64,000 nt of DNA, from positions 7,006,001 through 7,070,000 of the forward strand of contig JAQFVV010000010.1 of assembly GCA_028023455.1 (NCBI GenBank). The letters run 5' to 3'. Under the pieces are notes generated by a model. The model worked only from the letters and a program-made list of their open reading frames with translations, was not told the origin of the DNA and made no database searches. Below are positions 55,201-64,000 of this stretch, piece after piece; within the stretch, counting starts at the first letter, position 1, and every line of letters begins with the position of its first letter. A program made the position numbers and the translations under genes. This DNA is from Epiperipatus broadwayi (lineage: Eukaryota > Animalia > Onychophora).

Positions 55201-55740
55201 TTAAATAAACTAAATCACATGAACATAGATGAAGCATTAAATATGGTAATGCTACACTAACATATAACATCTTCCATGACTACTGGAAAATCACATTCAG
55301 AAATACTGATGGGCAGGAAGTTACATAATAAGTTAGCCAATCTTGGGTCAGACAAAAAAAGAAAACTATAAGACCGTCTATATTGCTGGAGAGAATGTGT
55401 AAATGTACAACAGTTTATGCAAGATATGGATAGAAAGAAATATAACTACAATTATTTCAAACAAAATAATGATAATACAAATAACATCAAGAGCATGTTA
55501 GTATCAGCATGTAAATCATACCCTGAAAAATTGGACAGAGGCAAATGGTGACAATAATAAATTTACTGATGGGGTATTATCCAGAGCCGATATTGTAGCA
55601 GATAAAAAGTGCATAAAAACATATATAAATAAATGTGATGAAACAACTGAAGATTCAGATGAACAAGTAATATTGCAGCCCAAATGAATGCCTCTGACTG
55701 CCAAGAAGAAAATAGATGCTGTTGAAAGCACCATCCACCT
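52241..55740 (+). mobile_element. Decayed Ty3/gypsy LTR retrotransposon body (gag-protease-RT-RNaseH-integrase); no LTR pair found
   Basis: gag RNCAYGDYLKEALLEQF; zinc knuckle CYCCGRSGH; RT YGDYRLVVN and YFDDV; KLLDHIIS..GIRP; integrase HKGHLNG and PWPKPEKQW; numerous stops and frameshifts; includes track ORFs 52241, 53088, 53380, 53582, 54627. Confidence 0.92.
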
Positions 55741-57711
55741 GCCTATTTAGAATGGTAATTATTTTTTCTTAATTGAAATAAATACTAAATAAATAAATTA
55801 ATGTATTAACAAAAATTAAAAAGTTATAAATGCTTAATTAAAAATATTATAATGTGCTTCCGTAGTAGAAAATTTTTGACTTAAAAAATAGAACAGGATA
55901 GAGATTAATTAAAATGATAATCAAACAATGATTCCTATTTTAGAAATAGAACAGCATTAATTGGTGTTCTAGAATTTTCCATGACCAGAGTGTTCCTACA
56001 TTCTGAGAATTTAATGAAAAAGAATAAAGGCTCGCCTTTAAGGAGAATTGAAGACATCACATATACCCATATCGAAGAAGCTGATTGTATTAAACTCCAA
56101 AAAACAGCATGACCCAATGTGCAAGAGGACTACAGATGATCCAATGAACTCCATCACTAAAGGTTCAAAAGTTATACAAACCACAAAGGCTTATTTATGA
56201 TTTTTGTATGCCTTTATGGCTATGCATTGTGATTCTTCTAATACTAATCTATATAAGCATTAGTAAGCTTTAATTGTTATAAAGCATTGTTAAGTTTACT
56301 TTACTGTTGTTATCTTTTGGCAATAAACATCAAATTATAGTTATAAAATTTTCTTGTAATTATTTCTGCTAATCTGATCAGCTTTACCATGACTGTCAAC
56401 TGCATTCATGTGGAACACTTAAGCTCTTCTTCTGTTAAATTAAAGATCATGAGCAATAAAAAAAAAAGTAGCAGGAGTTCCGAAAATGAGATGAAATTAT
56501 GTTGCAATAAATCTCAAGAGTTCACTTTTTCCCATTGTGAACATACAATAATAGGTACAAAACTATTTTTAAAAAAATAATTTTCTTTTTTTTTTTAAAG
56601 ATTTTCTATATTTAAGCCCTTGTTTTAGGTCACTTGAATATTATTGTATTCAAAAGAAATGATTTCTTTAATATAAGAATATTAAAAATATATCACCATT
56701 TCATGCCATAGACCAAAACTGATACCATGTATGTGTTATTCAGCAATAATAAATCACAAATAGCAAAATAAAATATATATTTATTGAAAATAAATAAATG
56801 TAATTAATACACAATTAACCATTATATGAAAAGATATTAAACAAGTTTTATAATGAATAAAATGTATATACTTTTAATAAAATTTTAAAAACAGTGTAAA
56901 CATTTACTTTTTCTTTTATTACTCAAAATAATTCAAGCAAAGAGAATTTGAAAATTATTCCAGACAACGTGAAAAAGAAGAAAAATATAAACTGAGAGTT
57001 ATAAATGTAATTTATAAATAAAGAAAAAGGGAAAGGGGATAAATAGAGAATTTGTTTTTTTAAAAAAATCATGAACCTTAGGGAGGATACATTTGGTAAG
57101 TTTACTTTTAAAATATAATAATTCTTTTCAACTCATTTAATTAATATGTTAATCAAATTAGAATATAAATTCCTTAGGCTTTTCAAAATTGAAATTCATT
57201 CTAAATAAGAATAGTACCCAATTACTTATGTTTCAGTCTTGTATATATTTTATATTCTATAAATAATCAACCATCAATATTCTTCTTTGGAACCATGACT
57301 CTCAAAGATTAGTCTGGGCTCATATAACTATCACTTCCAATTTACATCTCTGCCTGTGATACTAAAGTGAGAAGAGTTTTTTAGTAGTATCCAGATATGT
57401 GCTCATATTTTAAAGGTTTAATGCAGTTCTAATATTTTTTAATAGATGGCTGCTAAAATCACAGAAAACTTTTTTTTTATGTTTTCAGCACAAAATGCTC
57501 TATTCTTTCTACTGTGCTTTCATAGAGAAACATCATTTTATACAACACACTTCCTCCACCCCAAGTGTCTCAATAGATTTGAAAAATTAATTATTTTTCA
57601 TTATGCAATAAATTACAATATTAAATTATTTTTTAATAACATGTTTTAAATTCTTAAATATTTCAATATATCTGACTTTATAATATACATTTTATTATTG
57701 TATTCAAAAAT

Positions 57712-57854
57712 TAGGCTTCCAATTTTTTTTTTTTCTATATGTCATAGCATCGGCCGGGAGGCGAACCCGCAACAACTGTCTGCAACCAACTGCTTGCTTG
57801 CAAGGCAGTTGCGCTGACCTCTCGGCTAACAACGCTTGACTAGGCTTTCAATTT
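57712..57854 (-). mobile_element. tRNA-derived SINE with poly(A) tail and target-site duplication (copy 2)
   Basis: Element 57723-57840: A box TAGCCGAGAGG, B box GGGTTCGCCTCCC; TSD taggcttccaattt (57712) / taggctttcaattt (57841). Confidence 0.85.
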
Positions 57855-58924
57855 TATTAATAAATTTCATACAATATTTTATACTTTTTGTTTTTAATAT
57901 ATATTTCATACATATTAAAATATTTCATACACACAACACTGTGGATGAATAACTGTGTGTTCATATATATTAAATTTAAATTTAAAAAAAAAAAAATTTA
58001 ACATAAATATATATAAAAAAAAATTAAAGTCCCAAAAGATCAAAATTTAAAAAAAACAAATAATAATATTCATAACATTTTAAAGTGAAATATTTAAAAT
58101 TAAGTAAAACATATAATAAATAGATTATAGTGAAACCATAACTGTTGTATCAACATACATTAGTTCAATTATATACTATACAAAAAATAAAAACATTAAA
58201 AATTTGTAAATTTAGTTTCACTAAATCATTGTAATCTTAAAGACATATGCAAGCTCATTTATTAATTATATTTTCTTCATTAAAAATGCATAAATTTAAT
58301 AAAATTGTATAAATTCATGTTAAGTATAGGATTTCACTTGCTAAAAAAATTTGAAAGCAAACAATTCTACAAAATTTAAAATAATTAATCACTTTCTTAA
58401 GCAATAAAACAAAAATTATCAATTTAATAATGAAATGAAATAAACATGTTTTGAAGTGAACCAAATGTTTAAAAAGAATAAATAATCTATTAAGGAAATA
58501 ATAAAAAGAGAAAAACAAATTCATGTCACTGTTACTTATGTTCCTGAAGTGGCAAAAGTTGTAGTCATGTTACATTGAAATGGCATGAAATTTATGAATA
58601 GAAGATATGAACTTAAAAAATTTTCTGTAGATTAATCTTGTGTTGCATCAGAAAGATTAAAGTTTATATGAAGATTTCAAGTAAAAATCTGAAATGCTAT
58701 TTACTGCAAATAGGATATGTCTCTACAGATTCCAAAGTTGGGCTTTCAAAATATCAAAACTGGAGTGGCTGTAAACAAACTACATTTCTATATATTAAAA
58801 TTATTGGGGGAAAAAAGTATTATCCATAACATATGCTTTATTATGATGACTCTGGGATCCTTCTTATGCACTAACAGCTTCAGAAGATCAACTTCACTGT
58901 TTATTTTAATAAGTTTATGATTAT

Positions 58925-60955
58925 ACTTCGCTTTAATTAAAATAATTGGTGAGTGGTATGCTAGCATGCAGCTAAAGAGAAGTTTGAGCATTCATATTCA
59001 CAGCTGGGATAAAACTGCACTGTGATTATATATGTGGTACTAGACATTTGGTGAAATTGTTGAATATTAATTAGTGTAATAAAATTCATTTTTTGGAGAG
59101 GGGGAAGAATGAGTCTTTGCGGTTAATAGCTTGGGGGGGGGGAGCTATAAAGTAGGCTTCTTTAATTTTTTTGCCGTGATTTCTCTCCTTCTATATACTT
59201 AATAGTTGCTGTGATTGGTGTGAATACATGTCCAGTTAATTTTTGGTGGTCAAAAATACTGAACTACACTCTGGCTTGATGATTGCTTTCTTGTGGGTAT
59301 ATTGGTGTTAAGATAAACAAGTGGCTAGTGATGCATGAGATTCACCAAAGTAAGTGAAATGACACCTATTGTGAAGAATTGGATTTTATAAACAGCACAC
59401 AGGGTCAGAGCAGATTCTAGTTTGTTTTTAAAGTTATTTAAAAGACTATTGGAGGAATGGGGGGTGAACTAGGCAAGGCAGTATGTAGATGAAAATATTC
59501 TTGTATGTTTTAGTAAGAGAGGGAATATATGGGTGGTGAAATCATGGTCTACCGTCGGACGGAGGAGGTAAAGTTGGTGTTTTTGAAAAAGTGCCTTATT
59601 TTTTTTTTTTACAAGGCTGTTGCTAAATCCAATGGAAATTAGATCTTTGGTGTATGCTACTAGGTTGATTCTTCAGGAGGCTTCATATTTACATAATGTT
59701 TGATTACGAAATAGAAAGGATGATAATTCTGTCAGTTTGTGAGGCCATGTACTTCATGCACACACGTTGCACCACACAACTATCTCAAAAGCTGGCTGAA
59801 TTATCATCCTTATATTTCATAATCAAACATTGTGTAAATATGAAGCCTCCCGGAAAATCAACCTAGAAGCATATACCAAAGATCTCATTCCATCAGATTT
59901 AGCCTCGTAAAAAACAAAATAATGCACTTTTACGAAAACATCAACTCCACCTCACCCTCCGATGATAGACCATGATTTCTCCTTCCATATATTTCCTCTC
60001 TTACTAAAATATACAAAAAAGTATTTTCATCTTCATACCGCCTTGCCTACCGCATACCCCTCCTTCCTCCAATAGGCATTTAAATAACTCAAAAAACAAA
60101 CTAGAACTGGTTCTCATCCCTTGTGATGTTTATAAAATCCAATGACTCACACCGAGTGTAATTTCACTTATTTTGATGAATCTCATGCATCACTAGCCAC
60201 TCATTTATCTCAACACCAATACACCTATGAGAAAGCAACCACCAAGCCAGAGTGCAGTTCAGTATTTTTCGACCACCAAAAATTAATTGGACCCATATTC
60301 ACACCCACCACATCAATTATTAAGTATATAGAAGGAAATAAATCACAGTGAACAAATTAGAGAAGCATACTTTATAGCTAACTCCCCCCAAGCTATTAAC
60401 CAAAAAGCTCATCCTTCCCCCTCTCCAAAAAATGGACTTTATAACACTAATTAACATTCAACAATTTCACTCTAACTTTAAATTTCTACTACCGCATATA
60501 TAATCACAATACATCACAGTTTTTATCCCAGCTATGAATATGAAAGCTCAAGCCAAGCTTTCAAAAGCACTTAGCGTCAAATCTAAAGCTCAAACTTCTC
60601 TTTAGCTGCATACTAGTGCACCATTAATCAATTAATAATAATAAAAAAAAGTAATAGATATAGTAAGTTTTTCTTTGTTTTTTGAGTGATTGTGAACAAG
60701 TAAACACGCACTCATATATACATATACATAAATATTTTTTTCCAATTTATTCATAACTATCAAATCTAAAGCTCAAACTTCATATCAGCATACTAGCACA
60801 CCATTCACCAATTAATAATAATATTAAAAAAGTGATAGATATAGTAAGTTTCTGGGGGGGGGGGGGGTTGGGTGATTGTGATCAAGTAAACACAGGTATG
60901 CACACACTCATATATACATATACATAAATTTTTTTTTCCAATTTATTCATAACTG
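58925..60955. mobile_element. Penelope-like element remnants: two 5'-truncated copies head-to-head (GIY-YIG endonuclease), plus tandem 3' duplication
   Basis: 58925-59743 is the reverse complement of 59784-60660 (visibly diverged, roughly 80%). Both encode VYKIQ..C.FTYF(G/D)ES..SLAT.L..H...KEAYFIA...IN (track ORF 60142..60351). 60580-60760 is repeated at 60765-60955. Confidence 0.8.
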
Positions 60956-62079
60956 CATATTTACTGTATTAAAATTTTATTTATACCATAATCTTAATTT
61001 GTTTGCACACTTTACATATAAAAAAGGCATCTGTTGCATGTATATATGTTTGTGTAGTGGATATTACTGTACATCTTATGCAGTAAGTACTGTGTTGTAA
61101 ACAAAGCCTTAATTGTATTATTAATAGCTACATTTGCTATTCTAGGGAGAGTCTTGAGTAGTGGATATAATAATTACTCTGAATTTATTTGATTCTAATA
61201 AAAAATGAAACTCAATTATTAAATTATTAGTTGTTAGAAAATTTAAAAAAAAAGTCTATTTTGTACAAAAGAAGCAAAGCATAATGTTTTGAACTTCTTG
61301 TAAATTACAAAATTTAATTTAAATGCATTTTGTAACAAAATGGTTTTAAAAGAAAACTGTAGTCAATATATTATTTCTGGCCCTAATCAAAGATATGTAA
61401 ACTAAAACAAAAGAATTAAAAAAAAAAAAAACAACTATTAGATAATCATAATTATTTAATCTTAATCTTCTTGTTTGTTCATCTGGACAATCCTTAGCAG
61501 ATTATTATAATACTGAGACACATGTTAATTCTTGAGATTTGCAAAGTCAAAAATTTGTCAGTTTGTGGCCATATAGATTGCATGTATTGTGTCAAGCACA
61601 AATCTTGCCAGTTCTTGAAGTTCAAACAATATAGCAGTCAAATGTAGGATGAAGCCCATTAGCAACTGTTTGTTCTCTATAATCAATATATTTACGGCTA
61701 CTTACATACAAAACTGAAATCTATTATAAGTATACAAGCACAAATGGAAGAAATCACAGCTAACAGAAAGGAATCTAATAGTATACATATTTAGTGCATA
61801 CTGTTTCTGATATTAAATCCAGAATTAAGGAAACACTATATGAAAATATCATGGAAGGAATACTTGTATTGTTAAAAGAAAAAACATTTGCCTATTATTA
61901 TAAAAAAGTTCATTATACTATGAAAAAATACTTATTTGTATTGTTATAAAGAAAATATATTTGTTTGTTTACTTGAATAAACAACTTCATTTACATTAAA
62001 TTAGGTTTAGAAGAAAAATTTAATTGATTATTTATGATAGAAACATTTTAATTAAAAGAAAATGACTGTCATTGTTTTT

Positions 62080-62550
62080 GTTCTAGTAATGCATCCACCC
62101 AGATAAATAGCTTTGAATAAATTAGTTGCTAATTTTTTAAATAAACACTACTAATTGACCAATGCTAATTGAATGCACTAATGGGCACTCAATTAATAGA
62201 ATTCACCTTCATTAAAGAAAACAAAGCATTAGCATCACTAGTTATAAGATATAACCTGAAAGAATCATTAATCCAGGATTTCCAGAGCGAAATTAAAATT
62301 TTTATTATAGATGTATTTAAGAATCTCCAATCCATCATACATTCTTGAAATACATGAATAAAGACATCATGCAATTCATGCTAAATCACCACCTGTCGGT
62401 GCAGATCACACCTCATATATATCTTTATTATATGTTCAGTATTTATCAATTGCTATATTTTGATTTACAAGTGTCAAATTTTCTCCACCCATAACTTTGA
62501 CATGATCCACTCTAGATAAAAAGATTAATGATCATCACTAATCATTTATT
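62080..62550 (+). mobile_element. Possible decayed LINE RT fragment (L2/Rex-like)
   Basis: KIFIIDVFKNLQSI and QFMLN..LSVQI resemble RT motifs; weak. Confidence 0.3.
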
Positions 62551-64000
62551 AAACTAGAGATTACCTCTAGCCCAAATATAAATTTTAAACTTCAGTTAAA
62601 GATTAATATATCTGCTTTTCATTAAACACTCATACATGAACAGTTTATTAATTTATTATGCAAAATTGCACTTTTTTTATATATTTAAAAAAATATAACT
62701 GGATTAATTCAAGGTGTTCACTGAATATCATACCAGAATTATTTTATTAAATGATAAGTGCAAATCTAAACTACCAAATAACAATCAATATTCTTAAATT
62801 TTCTACAAGCAAGCAGAGATGTGAAAAAAAAAATTATATTGCTAAATTATTTGGTTAGTAATTGATATTTTTTATTATTAAATGCAAATGACTGGAGAAA
62901 AGAGTAGATTCATGTGTAGTCAAACTTAGCACTTATATATGTTAAACCACATAGACAATGTATACATTAACAATTTAATATCTGTTTTATTTGTATTTAT
63001 TTAGAAGACCTATCTTTTTTTTATTATTACTAATTAATTAATAAATTTGTTAATCATTATTTTGGAATTATAATAAATATATTTAAATCATACATAATTT
63101 GTGCCAACCTTTTGCTTTAGTACCCACATATTTAACTTTTCAAAAAGCTAACACCATACGACAATACAAGAATTCATTAGGTGTGTGTGTGTGAATTCTA
63201 CAAAATTATCTTTGAAATTATATCAATGACACCATGGGATAAGTTATATTTTAAATAACTCTGAAACATTGTTAATTAAAACACTTTAGAATTTGCACAC
63301 TTTATAACATCAATTGGCTATGGTGAGTAGGATCATCTTTCTTATAGTAATCACCTCTAAAAACCACTAAATTGTATTTAGTTATAATCATATATATCAT
63401 ATTTTGAATTTTATATTTTCTCATGGATTTTAGTTTAATAAAGAATGGAAATTAAGGGATTATATTCAGGAAAACAGAGATAACTTTACATTTTGATGTT
63501 GCCTGGAAACTATCAATTACTACTACATGACAATCTTTTTGATGATATCATTATCCATAATACCTTTTTTGTTGGGATTTATTGCTTAACTCTATTCCGA
63601 TTCATTACAATTTATTTTCAATAGCATGTTTCATACATTCATAAATATAATTGATTCCAGAAGTTCATTCACAAAATAATGGTTTGCTTGTTGCAGAACA
63701 TGTTAAAATGCATCTATATAAGGTAATTCATTCCAAAAACATAGCTTACACATTCATTCAAACAGAAAAAATATAATACAAAAATCAAAACTATAAATGT
63801 AAAAATAAATACAAACTTAACTGTTGTACTGGATGTGTCCATTTAAAACGTTGATTTTACTACAAATTAAAACTTAAAAAGGCTTGCAACTATTTTCTGA
63901 TCAATATTTTTTTTTTTTAATTTGCAATTACCAGCTAAATGTGACAAATAAATAGACAAATATAATTCCTAAATCTGACTTTAGTGAAAAGTAAACCATA

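Noticed and set aside
51480-55900. Paired LTRs for the gypsy element
   Set aside because: No direct repeat detectable between the 5' and 3' flanks by eye
55944-56112. 55-codon open frame on + after a ttttag acceptor-like site
   Set aside because: No donor or partner exons and no recognisable motif; could be chance or a TE scrap
559-62374. Remaining short ORFs in the six-frame track (e.g. 559, 1392, 7318, 19861, 22744, 33528, 40697, 41069, 57446, 58315)
   Set aside because: All under ~95 aa with AT-driven composition, or antisense to real exons or TEs (e.g. 40045..40329 is antisense to exon C)

Overview
Very AT-rich animal genomic DNA (arthropod-like by inference), not prokaryotic. One host gene is visible: seven phase-consistent coding exons on the minus strand (50381 down to 1180; 1158 nt, 386 codons, no stops). 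They encode the N-terminal part of a large ankyrin-type, tankyrase-like PARP of the PME-5/TANK-1 kind (family assignment from recalled motifs, not a search). The start exon was not located and the gene runs off the left end. The 4-12 kb introns are filled with decayed retroelements: RTE-clade LINEs, other LINE remnants, a Ty3/gypsy body, Penelope-like GIY-YIG fragments and tRNA-derived SINEs. The most striking unexplained structure is a set of head-to-head inverted repeats carrying hammerhead ribozyme cores. One is an intact type I hammerhead at 22012-22054 (+); a ~400-bp tandem array at 14.2-15.8 kb has one decayed hammerhead per unit (retrozyme/Penelope pLTR-like). Nearly all ORFs in the supplied track are spurious or TE fragments.
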